A stretch of DNA of 58,775 nucleotides, filler included, from Stramenopiles sp. TOSAG23-2 (GCA_900128395.1; 4 parts of 4 records of this genome joined end to end with filler, not necessarily neighbours in it); one strand, 5' to 3'. Shown: positions 32,979 through 44,198, counted from the first letter of the whole stretch. Made by a program: numbers and translations. Notes: generated from the sequence alone by a model not told the origin.

Positions 32979-35260
32979 CTACTTCCGTTGTTTATATAAC
33001 TCTTCAAATCGTAATAATTGTTTCGAAGTGACATTGAACTCATTTGCTTTATTAAACAATTCTTTTGGTGTTGGATATTCTTTGCTGATTTTACTACGAC
33101 TATTTTGTAAAAATTTTACCATGCTTTCAAAATCCCTTGATAATAACATACGTTCCAATGCACATAAAATAGCTAAGGAAACTTTAAATAATATTGGCCA
33201 ACCGAATAGAAAAAAGTGTTTTAATACTTGTAAGCTCAATGTTGGGCTTAGCACATCATTGCGAGTAAACAATGTCATAAACCATCCTGACGCATACATC
33301 ATGGTATCAACATTTTCTTCCACAAAATGTTCATGTAAGACTGGTAAATTCAATCGAATTAAGCTTTCCAATTGAAACAAACATACTTTCAAACGTCCTA
33401 AATCATTAGCAGCAATTTCATCGTATCCATAAAATTCAAACAATGATAATAAAAAAGCAAATGCTTTGCTTTCATTGTTATTCGACATTTTTAAGAACGA
33501 TCTTACAATAAAATTCATACCTTGTACATATGAAACACGTTCATTTGCCAATACAAATACTCTAAGAACATTTTTTGTACGTTCTTTTGCAGCTAGAATT
33601 TCACTGTCTTTTTTCAATAATCCATCGTCTTCCGATGCACGGCGAATTTTTAATGTATTTTTATTATTATTATTACCAGTGCTATTATTATTATTATCGT
33701 CCAAATTAATATCACCCAATGCTGCGCTAACCATTTGCTCAACATTTAATGTAGATCCTACAAGATTGTCATCATCTATAGAAAAATTTTGTTGCTGCCA
33801 AAAGGATACCTCATCTTCATCATCGTGAACTATAATTTGCTTTCCAGTTTTCCCATATGTACGATCTACATCTCGATCAATAGTTGCAAATAATGAAATC
33901 AATCGATCCTCTACTGAATCAGATATACTTTTTTGTAATTTTTCTTTTAATTTTATATATGCATCTTCAATTTGTTGCATTTGATTGTATTTCTTTATCA
34001 CACGCAACTCACTACCTGGTGGATAAACTATATTTAATAATTTTTCAACAGATGAAACTTTTGATGTTGATTCCAACATTGGTAACCATGAGTTACGTAC
34101 AAATGAATGTAATGATTTTGAGTATGATAATGACAACACAATTTCATATGGTACAATATTATTATTATTATTTTGTAAATTCCCATCATTGTTATTATTG
34201 TAAACCATTGTAGCTGTTGATTTGAGTATGATAATGACAACACAATTTCATATGGTACAATATTATTATTATTATTTTGTAAATTCCCATCATTGTTATT
34301 ATTGTAAACCATTGTAGCTGTTGATAAACTTTGAAATACTTTGTATCGCCATTGACTGGATACAAATGATGCATTATGATATAATTCATTTACTGGTAAA
34401 TATGAAAAGATGGTATTTGGAAATATGAGAATGTTGTTCGTATTATTATTATTATTATTATTTGAGGAGGAGGAGCTTTCAATCAATGCTCTCCCACTCG
34501 CAACAAACCAATGTTTTTGTATATATTGAAAATTAATAAATATTGTGCGTAAATATTTAAATCGTTTATCATATGTATTTTTCATTTTAATCATAATTTG
34601 ATTAGCTTGTGAATTAAGTTCAATTTGTACTAAACGCTCATCAACTTCAGATAATTTATTTTTCTCAGACAATAACTTATTATTAACATTTTCATACCAC
34701 GATAAAACTTCATTCAGTTGAACTATATTTGTATGCAAGTGTTTATTTATTTTATCGAGAACTTTTTTTTTCAAATTCATTTCAAATTTACCACGCACCG
34801 TATTTGCAACCTTTGCAGACCGTCGATAATGCTCATGTATATCTTCATTATTATCTGATCGATTAAAAATCGTTTCAAACCCTTGTGATAAAATAATTTG
34901 ATGGAAACAAATATCTTGTACCATATTTTTAAATTTTTCAACATCTTTTTTTAAGTTTTTCAAAGTATTATCAAATACTATTAATTTTTTTATAGCGTTT
35001 CCAAGTTCAGGTTCAAGTTCTAAAACTCGCCTGTTAATTTTATGTATCTGTTCAAAAACAGACGGTGCCTTACTATTGCTTTTTTTCATATTAAATGGTG
35101 TTGAATTTATTATTTTCCCGTTATTATTATTATTGTTGTTGTTGTTGTTATTATTAGATGATGATGTTGGGCTTTCACGGCCATTATTATTATTAGTCAT
35201 AGCTGCTGTAAATGACGTGCGCCGCATTTTTTCACCAAATTCTTGAAATTTCTGAAACAT
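32979..35260 (-). CDS. Rab-GAP TBC-domain protein with N-terminal helical (BAR-like) and F-box-like segments; split by a 104-bp duplication
   Basis: ORFs 34034-35260 and 32979-34208 fuse to 725 aa on removing one duplicate copy. TBC motifs are IDRDVDRT (R-finger), YVQGMNF (Q-finger) and YASGWFMTLF. Confidence 0.88.
34117..34325. repeat. Exact tandem duplication, period 104 bp (frameshifting)
   Basis: tttgagtatgataatgac...tagctgttgat starts at both 34117 and 34221. Confidence 0.95.
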
Positions 35261-35614
35261 TATTGTTGTATTGTTTCTTTTTTTTTATTTGTATTCTATA
35301 TTCTTTTAAATAACAAAGGTGGTATATATAGTATATATATGTATGTATATATGTATGTATGTATTTATATAGATAACAAATGATTATATTAATATATATG
35401 GAAGAAGAACAATGTTGCCAAATTAACACAATCACAATTCAATTTATCCCATTTTTTAATTTAAAAAAATAAAAAATAGCATCGACACAGCACTGAATAA
35501 AATAGATTGCATTTTTAAAAAATGTAAATATAAATGGCATAAAAAAAAATTTTTATTTCAAATTTCGCTACATCGTATATACGAGGATATATTAATACAT
35601 CAAACACATGCATT

Positions 35615-35639
35615 TGTGTGTGTGTGTGTGTGTGTGTGT
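35615..35639. repeat. (GT)n microsatellite
   Basis: tgtgtgtg tract. Confidence 0.9.
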
Positions 35640-36657
35640 CGTCTGCCCCCGGTGTTAGATACCAAAGGGAAAAAAGAAAACAAACAAAACACAATAATTT
35701 TAGAGAAAAAAAAAAAGCAATTGAAAATATATAAAAATATTTCTTCATATATATATTGCAATTTTATAAAGTATGTCAATGGCTGCCTAGTTATTACTTT
35801 ATTAAAAACAAAAAAAAATAATACTTGCTTGGTTCTCATAGTGTTTTGATCGGAGATATAAATATCGGGTTGATAATGATCGAAAAATAAACATACCAAA
35901 CATGCATCGAAGTATGGAAATTGAAGCAGGCGTTGTTCTCTAAGATATCTAAAGTAATCATATTGGTGATTATTTTTTTTTTTATTTTAAATTATTTTTT
36001 GAATTTGGCGTTTTATTTCATGCATGATAATGTAAGAAGTACCATGTCCTATTTGTATTATTCAACCTCCTTAAAACTAAGGTTTTTGACGGAAAAGTTT
36101 TAAAGGTTGCACTCGAGGGTATTGTAAGTGAAGTAGGATACCTATCGATAAAGTGCCATTTATGAAAATGATAGGCTTTTTTCGAAATTTAAGTACAAAG
36201 AATAGTATTGTTAAGGAGGAGCCTTGGACACACAATGTATTTTTTTAGTTGTTTATTTAGTAGTTGGATGGTAATATAATAAGCAAGTAATTATAATGGT
36301 GGTTGATTTTACCTGTTTAGCATGGAGATAGGCTTAAAAGGAGTGATAATATGTATTAGCAGAAGGATAGCAGGTAAAATAGAACCCTATTTTATACATG
36401 AATATCAGAAATATTAGAGGGCCACTTTTTTATGCTTTGTGATATTTTTTTGGCACAGGATCTACTGCTGTGTTGTTTCCTACAAGAAATTTAATTGCCT
36501 TAAATACTTCCAACCACCATTTCTTCAATGTTTTGAAACAGATGTGGCTTTCCTTTTTCTTGCAAGTTGTTGTTTGAACAGATTTAATTGCTTGTAGTTT
36601 CTTTTGTAATGTGGTGTACATTTTGGCGAACATAATACCAACATTTACAAGTTTCCA

Positions 36658-36990
36658 TTGCCCAGTCAATACAGAGTTACTCATCAAGTTAGAGGTGTTA
36701 TGTCACGTTCTACATCTTGGGAACCCAAGGGATGTTCTATATATACACAAACACACGGCAACAATGCCAATGTGTTTTTTAATTCAGATACAACAACGAC
36801 GGAATCTTGTTCGAACTGGACACCATGTATATGTGCATCGACAGAACCTGATCGTCATATTAGTGGTTTACAAACTGTTACTGTTGGCAAGTGTATAAAG
36901 TACATAGACAATAAAGAGGATTGTGAATTAGCCGCTAAATTTCTCTTTAATGTGCAAGATGCAACTGCTTATGATGGTACCGGCAATTAA
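36658..36990 (+). pseudogene. Isolated fragment of the same Cys-repeat module family as 8638-11742
   Basis: SWEPKGCSIY...VFFNS......CSNWTPCIC followed by KC..YIDNKEDCELAAK. There is no ATG start or signal peptide, and the frame stops mid-module. Confidence 0.65.
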
Positions 36991-37328
36991 TTTGTTGACA
37001 TATAAAAATATAGGACTTAATATTATTCGTACACTAATCTGTGGCACATCGTCATCATCATCAACTATAATTCACTTGTATTCTACCATAACATACCTGG
37101 TATAATAATTTATATGAATACAGAATACATGATTGAATTAGTAGGTTAAGGTAGAATAATAATATCAGAAAACAACATATAATAATATTTGAAATTACTA
37201 TATCACTAAAAATTAAACCAAATGAATGAAATGAATAAAGAAGATAGAAAAATGAAAACATAGAAGAAGAATATAATAAAAAGATAATATATATATATAT
37301 ATATATATGAATAGAGATACACAACAAT

Positions 37329-40300
37329 ATGGATCAAGAATTATCAGATTTATTGGATAAATTGAAACGGGCGAACAAAGGTAAAAAGAAACGAAAGAAT
37401 AAAAAGGTAGTATCAGGAAATAATGATGAAGATGATGTAGGAAATAAGTATAATAATAATAATAACTCAGAAGAAGAAGGTAGTGCGTTTCTAAAAGCAA
37501 AAGCAAGAGTTGAGCAAGATAGGATTGAAAAAATGTTTCCAACTATTTTAACTGGGTCATGGCTATATAAATATCCTAGTGAAGGTAGCAAAGCATCTGC
37601 TGCGTCAAGTGTGGAAACCTATCCTAGAAAATGTCTGTATTGTTCTACATGGTTATCAAGTAAAACTTCATATGAACAACATTTATTAAAAGCTCATAGT
37701 AATAAAAGTAATAATAATATCTACAATAATAATAATAACAACAATACGTCGTCAACGGGTACATCCAATAAAAATGGAAACAATAACAAGAATAATGAAC
37801 ATGTCCAACAATTAGGTATTCCACGAAAATATTTTTTCAAATTAGATACGAAAAATAATCAAATCAATTGGTATTTTAATGAAATAAAATACAAAAAGGA
37901 TGAAAAAAATAGTGATCCACAAATTAAAATAGCTGGTAGTTTAGCATTAGATTCTGTGATTAAAATATCTGTTGGCGTCGCTACGCCTGGTGTAGAAATG
38001 CCAAAACCAGAATTTATAAATGATTACTTTACCTTACAAGCAAAAGGTCGTTATGTAGTATTGCGTGCAAGCAATGCACCAAATGCACATTCGTGGGTCC
38101 GTGAATTACGTGTTGCAGTGTTCGAATTAGGACAACCACCACCTGGTGATGATGCATCTGAAACATTATTTTCATTAATTAATAATAAAGGTAATAATTT
38201 AAAAAATGATGAAAGTGTAACTGGAATGGCGATTGAAAGACTTGTATCGAATAATCCAGATATGTTAAATATCCCAAATGAAGATGGTGATACCCCGTTA
38301 ATTGTTGCAGTTCGATTGAATTTATCACATGTAGTACAGATTTTATTATCATTAGGTGCTAATTTAAGTTTATTAGGTAAACGGAATAATAGTGTCTTGC
38401 ATGTTGCCTGTAAAAATGCAGGAATGATGATGAAAAAAACGGAAATGAATAATATGAATCATAAAGATGATGCAGTGGATGATGATAATCATAAAAACAT
38501 AGATGGTATTGAAACATATAAGATTGCAATGAAAATTATAGAAATATTGCTTGATATACCATTTGTAGAGAAAATATTAGATGTAAGACGTGAAGGTGGT
38601 GCAACATGTGTGCATGATATAGCTAGTGCTGGTAATGTACATATATTGCAATTATTATTGGAGAAAAATGCAAATCCATATAGTTGCGATGATTACGACC
38701 GTACTGCATTGCATATTGCATGTTCTCAACAAGAAACTGCATATAATACACAAGTAGTATCATTATTATGTGAATTAATTGAAGATACGTTAGATTGGCA
38801 AGATTTTGAAGGAAATACGGCATTGCATTTAGCAGCAAGGATTGGAAATTTTAATGCGGTGCAACAATTATTACAAACTGCTGCAAATCCATCTATTAAA
38901 AACAAAGCTGGTGCAACACCATATGATATATCCCTTGCAAGCAATTACGAAGAAATTGCTAGTATTATTGAAGAGTACAATATAATCGATGAACAAAGCA
39001 ATGCTGAAGAGGATGATGAAGCATATGAAGAGGAAGATGATGACATATTAGAAAATGCAAAAGGAAATAAACAACATTATAATGATATGTATTATAATAA
39101 TAATAACAATATGATGATGACGATGGAACAACAATCACATCAATATAATAATCAAATGTATAATGTTGAAAATACAAGTCCTTACAATAATAATATCAAT
39201 AATAATTCTAATAATAATGAAAAAGGTCCTGCAAATACATTATCATATATACATCCACACGCATCATCATCATATTATCATCATTCACATCAATATCATC
39301 AACAACAACGACAACAAGCGTGGGTACATCAAGTAAATATTAATAATAACAAGAATTTATCTGACACATCTGCCTCTGGATATTCGATGTCGGAAAGGGA
39401 ATGGGGAGAAGCAATAACTGAAGATGGTCGTCGATATTATTTCAATACTGTAACAGGACATACACAATGGGAAGTACCAATCGGTTGGCAACAACAACTT
39501 GGAGGAATGCAACAACAACAACAACAACAACCATCAACAGCAATTATAAATAATAGTGCTAACAATAATAATAATAGTAACAACAGCAATAACAATATCT
39601 CCCCAAATCATATACAACAACAACCAATGCAAATGCAGCAACCTCGAGTACGCTATCAACAACAAACTATAAATACTACTGTAAATGTTGGAAATAATAT
39701 TAATGATTTGAAGACGATGAGTACGAATAATCGACAAATGGCAAATCGCCTTTCACACCCTTCGCCACCACCTGCAATCAATACATCCCCACAACAACAA
39801 CAACCATTAAGACCATCACAACAACAACATCATCACCAGCAACAACATCGATCACCATCACCAATACAACATTCTCCACAACAACAACAACGAGTCCAAA
39901 ATAACACTAATAATCATGCAAACATGGGTGGTTATTCACCGCAATCGACTTCATCCAATTCGTCTTATTTGACATCGCCACGAGGAACACCAAATGCATC
40001 CCCTCATGTATCACCTCAACAGCAAGGTCGACAATTTCGATCAAGATATGATCAGCGAATGATGAGTAATTTAGTACGTGAAGGTGGTTTATTTGCACAG
40101 CAGCAACAACAGCAACGTTTGGCACAACAACAAAGTAGTCGTCGCGGCGGCGGTGGTGGTATTATTAATCATAATAACATGATGTCACAACCACCTTTAA
40201 TAAATCAACAATATCAACAACAACAACAAACACCATCACCAATCGTTAATAATAATAATAATAACAACAACAATGTCCCTACTACTAGTAGTAATAATAA

Positions 40301-40487
40301 TAATCGGGGAGCTTTTGATCATAATAAAGCACGGTTTATGAAAGCTGCTATGCAAAATTTAGCACATGTTATATCTCCAATGAATTTAGACAACCCAGCA
40401 TTAAATAAACGTTTAATTGAAGAAAGACGAAGGGCTAGAGAAGAACGAAGGAAGAAAATACGAAAATCAAGAAGAAATAGAAGGTGA
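37329..40487 (+). CDS. PH (with inserted C2H2 zinc finger) - ankyrin repeats - WW domain protein with Q/N-rich tail
   Basis: TGSWLYKY...KYFFKL...INWY...LRASNAPNAHSWVRELR (PH); CLYC-x12-H-x4-H; DGDTPLIVA, DRTALHIA and GNTALHLAA (ankyrin); WGEAITEDGRRYYFNTVTGHTQWEVP (WW). Confidence 0.92.
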   Translation: MDQELSDLLDKLKRANKGKKKRKNKKVVSGNNDEDDVGNKYNNNNNSEEEGSAFLKAKARVEQDRIEKMFPTILTGSWLYKYPSEGSKASAASSVETYPRKCLYCSTWLSSKTSYEQHLLKAHSNKSNNNIYNNNNNNNTSSTGTSNKNGNNNKNNEHVQQLGIPRKYFFKLDTKNNQINWYFNEIKYKKDEKNSDPQIKIAGSLALDSVIKISVGVATPGVEMPKPEFINDYFTLQAKGRYVVLRASNAPNAHSWVRELRVAVFELGQPPPGDDASETLFSLINNKGNNLKNDESVTGMAIERLVSNNPDMLNIPNEDGDTPLIVAVRLNLSHVVQILLSLGANLSLLGKRNNSVLHVACKNAGMMMKKTEMNNMNHKDDAVDDDNHKNIDGIETYKIAMKIIEILLDIPFVEKILDVRREGGATCVHDIASAGNVHILQLLLEKNANPYSCDDYDRTALHIACSQQETAYNTQVVSLLCELIEDTLDWQDFEGNTALHLAARIGNFNAVQQLLQTAANPSIKNKAGATPYDISLASNYEEIASIIEEYNIIDEQSNAEEDDEAYEEEDDDILENAKGNKQHYNDMYYNNNNNMMMTMEQQSHQYNNQMYNVENTSPYNNNINNNSNNNEKGPANTLSYIHPHASSSYYHHSHQYHQQQRQQAWVHQVNINNNKNLSDTSASGYSMSEREWGEAITEDGRRYYFNTVTGHTQWEVPIGWQQQLGGMQQQQQQQPSTAIINNSANNNNNSNNSNNNISPNHIQQQPMQMQQPRVRYQQQTINTTVNVGNNINDLKTMSTNNRQMANRLSHPSPPPAINTSPQQQQPLRPSQQQHHHQQQHRSPSPIQHSPQQQQRVQNNTNNHANMGGYSPQSTSSNSSYLTSPRGTPNASPHVSPQQQGRQFRSRYDQRMMSNLVREGGLFAQQQQQQRLAQQQSSRRGGGGGIINHNNMMSQPPLINQQYQQQQQTPSPIVNNNNNNNNNVPTTSSNNNNRGAFDHNKARFMKAAMQNLAHVISPMNLDNPALNKRLIEERRRAREERRKKIRKSRRNRR

Positions 40488-40615
40488 AAAAATTTGTTGT
40501 ACACAGCAAGTGTATAAGATTTTTAATATTTTTTTAGTAAAAATATAATATATATTTTTTATAAAATTAATATATAAATATTAAATATACGTATATACGA
40601 GTGTATAATATTTTC

Positions 40616-41200
40616 TTAGACACATGCTTCTTTCATACCGTGTATCCAACCACAATAATACATTGAAAACAAAACTACAGTAAGATTAAAAGGATAATCA
40701 TTTCTAAAAGCAACTGTTAAAAGAACAGCTACTGCATATAAGCCTTGATGCCAAAGTGTTAAATTAAGAAAAGCTTGTGGAAATTTCATGTTATTATTAT
40801 TAATATTATGCATTACTTGGAATGCACCAATTGCAAATAAATGAATTGCTTGCATAAAATATACTTTTTCCACCCAAGAAACTGTTTTTGCAGCTTGTAA
40901 TAATAATATTGCATCTTTTGGATCCTGACGTTCGTTATCAACATTATCATGTCTATACCTTGGAGATGACGTTTTTGACGGCGGTGTACCTGCGATACGA
41001 ATTTCTTTGACAATACTATCTCTCATCTGTTTCAATTGCAAGCCAAGAAGGTTATCGCTTGATTCATATTCCTCACCATCAATATTATTCGTCGCTTGTT
41101 GCTTTTTATTTAAACAGAAACATATGGACATTATTCTAAAACTAACTAAAACTGGTAAAAATGTATAATGCAATAAAGTACGTGTACAAGACGCGATCAT
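40616..41200 (-). CDS. Small membrane protein with partial Bax-inhibitor/TMBIM-like resemblance; start uncertain
   Basis: WVEKVYFMQAIHL and FRNDYPFNLTVVLF resemble TMBIM/LFG motifs (RKVY..L..QL; R..YP.N), but only about 3 TM segments follow. Confidence 0.55.
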   Translation of the reverse strand: MIASCTRTLLHYTFLPVLVSFRIMSICFCLNKKQQATNNIDGEEYESSDNLLGLQLKQMRDSIVKEIRIAGTPPSKTSSPRYRHDNVDNERQDPKDAILLLQAAKTVSWVEKVYFMQAIHLFAIGAFQVMHNINNNNMKFPQAFLNLTLWHQGLYAVAVLLTVAFRNDYPFNLTVVLFSMYYCGWIHGMKEACV

Positions 41201-41883
41201 CTTTCTTGATTTATTTGTATATCTTACGTTTTTATGGATAGAGGTGAAAAATGATAGTGGTGACAAATGATGATATGGACTGGTTTTTGTTGTAGTAGTA
41301 GTTGTTGTTTTCTGTCTAGATAGATAGTCGTCTCGTCTATATATTTGAATATATTCTTTCTTGTGTGTTTTTAACTGTCTTTTATTGAAATTAGCACTTC
41401 TTCTTCTTTGTGTTTATTGTGGTGGTGTGTGCGTGTGCACGTGTGGTGGAAAAAATTTAAATATTTTTGTCATTTCACATTATACAATTATTGGATTACG
41501 GACCTTAAATTGAGATATAATAACAACCCTAATCCTAACATCTGCGCTTGCCCAGCTTGCCAGATGAGGATCCCTTCTACACTAAAAAAAAACAAAAATA
41601 AAGATATTATCTTATTTCAGCACAACTTCAACACGCACACACCATTGATGCCAGATTGCATGCATCACCATTCATCTCACATATGCACACATAGGTACTG
41701 TACGTTCACAAATACTTTTCTTTTCACTATATATATATATATTGCACTCTGTATATTTTTATGGCATTTAGTTTAAGCACACATCGTATTCGTATCAACA
41801 CTCTCTATTATATCATTTACGTACTATTTTTTTAAATAGCACTTTTACTTACGCACTATTTTTTTTTTTTAAACAGCACCACC

Positions 41884-43455
41884 ATGGCAAAAAAGCCCAC
41901 TAAAACCCAAGAATGTATTGGGATAACATTAATAGTAACATCTGCACTCGTTTTTATTGCAACTCTACTATGTATATTTATTATAGTATTGCCATCAAAA
42001 CCATTTGTATATGATATCAAAGACTTATCAGCAAATGAAAGGCATGAAGTTGTTGAGGCACTTTTAAAAATGAAAGAGACCCCATCAGCATATGATAAAA
42101 ATTACAACGCTTATGATTACTTCGTTGAATTACATTATCGCGCTACCGTACCAAAGACAGAAATTCATGGCAGTGGATATTTATTCTTTCCATGGCACCG
42201 TGAAATGCAAAGTCGTTTGCATAAAGAACTTCAACGAGTTTCTGAAAACCCAAGAATCACGCTTCCATATTGGAATTGGGAGGACGAAGCGAGTACAGAT
42301 GCAATCATGTTACCAAGTTACCTTGGTGCAAAAGGTACTTATCCTGATTATGTAATCCAGGATGGTCCCTTTGGAGCAAAAAATAAAAGATGGAAAATCC
42401 ACGAGAAGTTAAGGCTACCAACGTCAGGAGATTGGATGCGATCTGCACCGGGAAATGGATTGCAAATGTGTTTGGATGGTAGTGGTAAAAATTACTTCTT
42501 GGATACACCGTTTAATCCGCCTAGTGTTGATCACTTTGAATCTGTTGGTCCATTTCTTTATCTTCCATTGTATGCACCACCTGGTAAAGATGGTCCACCG
42601 AAAGTGTTGGTTAATTTTCAACCAAGAGCAGATAATTTGAAATGTAGTTGGGAAGATTTAGATTGCGTACGTTATTATGATGGTAAAGACACAGATGGAA
42701 CGATGGTTACTTTAAAATGTAAACATTTTGCACCAACTCCTCAACCAGTTGAACAGTGTGAAAAAGCGAAACAATTCTTACCAAGTGACCCAAAGAAAGT
42801 TTTTTTCGACAATCAGAATCCATTTCATGTTGCTCCTGCATACGATGCAACAAGTGACGAGAACTGGGCGGTTTGCATTGAGGGAAATAATCCTAAAGAC
42901 AAATATGCTGCTGGTCTTGAACGTCTTGGTGCATCCTTGCATAATCATGGTAGTGTTCACACTAGTGTTGGGGGTAGCTTAGCAACTCCATTTTCTCCAA
43001 ACAATCCACTATTTGGTCATTTACATGGTAACATTGATCGCATTTGGGCTTTACATCAAGAAGTAAAGAATCCTGCATCTAAATATGTAAATGGCTGGTG
43101 GGAAACAGGGCCAGGAAAAGACAAGTTAAAAACTGAAATGCCACTGTTTGAAAATCCGAAAGTAACTGTTGAAGAAGCTTTAATGATGGATAAAGTACCA
43201 TTTCGTTACGCACAGCCTGGATTACGTTCGCATGCACGAGAAATAGCAAATGGTATATGGATATGGTTATGTTTAATATTTGTGAATCTCGCTTGGATTT
43301 CGTGTTTTTATCGTAAACATTACATGGCTAACAAGGACCAAACTGAAATTAGCCGCAAACTTAGTGTGCCATTAATGACTCAACCTGATAATAACGTAGA
43401 AGATGGGTTAGCAAAAACTGATGGTGATGACAAAAATCGCAATAGCTGGAAATAA
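41884..43455 (+). CDS. Tyrosinase (type-3 copper protein) with N- and C-terminal TM segments
   Basis: CuA: FVELH...EIHGSGYLFFPWHR, followed by LPYWNW. CuB: HGSVHTSVGG...SPNNPLFGHLHGNIDRIW. Confidence 0.93.
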   Translation: MAKKPTKTQECIGITLIVTSALVFIATLLCIFIIVLPSKPFVYDIKDLSANERHEVVEALLKMKETPSAYDKNYNAYDYFVELHYRATVPKTEIHGSGYLFFPWHREMQSRLHKELQRVSENPRITLPYWNWEDEASTDAIMLPSYLGAKGTYPDYVIQDGPFGAKNKRWKIHEKLRLPTSGDWMRSAPGNGLQMCLDGSGKNYFLDTPFNPPSVDHFESVGPFLYLPLYAPPGKDGPPKVLVNFQPRADNLKCSWEDLDCVRYYDGKDTDGTMVTLKCKHFAPTPQPVEQCEKAKQFLPSDPKKVFFDNQNPFHVAPAYDATSDENWAVCIEGNNPKDKYAAGLERLGASLHNHGSVHTSVGGSLATPFSPNNPLFGHLHGNIDRIWALHQEVKNPASKYVNGWWETGPGKDKLKTEMPLFENPKVTVEEALMMDKVPFRYAQPGLRSHAREIANGIWIWLCLIFVNLAWISCFYRKHYMANKDQTEISRKLSVPLMTQPDNNVEDGLAKTDGDDKNRNSWK

Positions 43456-43663
43456 TCCCAGTAATTTTATAGGGTATATATATATATGTGTTAAAATTAT
43501 ATGTTTTACGTTTTATGGGTAGAGGTGACTTTTTGTTGCTTTTGCACTTTTGTGGTAAAAAAATGCCAGAATGAGTGCGTCACAACTGCAACTGGGAACT
43601 CTATAGAAAGGTGCAAAGAAAGATCCTCTTTGATCAAACAAAAAAACTTGGATATTTGATATT

Positions 43664-43993
43664 TATAGTGATGGCCACGGCAAGAAAAACAATTCACGCC
43701 CGACCACGGCATCTGGGAAAAATCCACAACCGACCACGGATTGACGGCGTTTTTGACGCCGTCACTATAACTGTTTACTATTGGAAAAATTATCAAGCCT
43801 ATTTAGTGCTAATTGGTGATAAAGTATTATTATCACTAGTAAGTATAGTGATGGCCACGGCAAGAAAAACAATTCACGCCCGACCACGGCATCTGGGAAA
43901 AATCCACAACCGACCACGGATTGACGGCGTTTTTGACGCCGTCACTATAACTGTTTACTATTGGAAAAATTATCAAGCCTATTTAGTGCTAAT
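43664..43993. mobile_element. Two identical 150-bp units, each containing a ~102-bp TIR-bounded MITE-like element
   Basis: Units are 43664-43813 and 43844-43993 with a 30-bp spacer. Each contains TA-TAGTGATGGC...GCCGTCACTA-TA, internal CCACGG repeats and a TGACGGCGT/ACGCCGTCA hairpin. Confidence 0.5.
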
Positions 43994-44098
43994 ATATGAC
44001 AAAATTATTAGGAACCTTTAAATAGATTAAATTTCATGCCAATTTACATGATTTTTTTCATATTGTTTTTTATGATTTGAGTATACCATTCCTATATT

Positions 44099-44198
44099 NN
44101 NNNNNNNNNNNNNNNNNNNNNNNNNNNNNNNNNNNNNNNNNNTTAATTAATTAANNNNNNNNNNNNNNNNNNNNNNNNNNNNNNNNNNNNNNNNNNNN
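44099..44198. other. Artificial contig linker
   Basis: 44 N + TTAATTAATTAA + 44 N. Confidence 0.97.

Noticed and set aside
41525-41538. Telomere-like aaccctaatcctaa
   Set aside because: Only about two imperfect units, internal to the contig. It could be a telo-box but is too short to support.
43664-43993. Repeat-spacer-repeat resembling a CRISPR array
   Set aside because: The repeats are 150 bp, there are only two copies, there are no cas genes, and the context is eukaryotic.
43575-44021. 148-aa ORF with internal repeat
   Set aside because: It arises from the 180-bp-period repeat, starts at GTG and has no recognisable protein features.
14667-44198. Repeated TTAATTAATTAA palindrome within N runs
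   Set aside because: Synthetic six-frame-stop linker used to concatenate contigs. It is not biological, and gene neighbourhood across it is meaningless.
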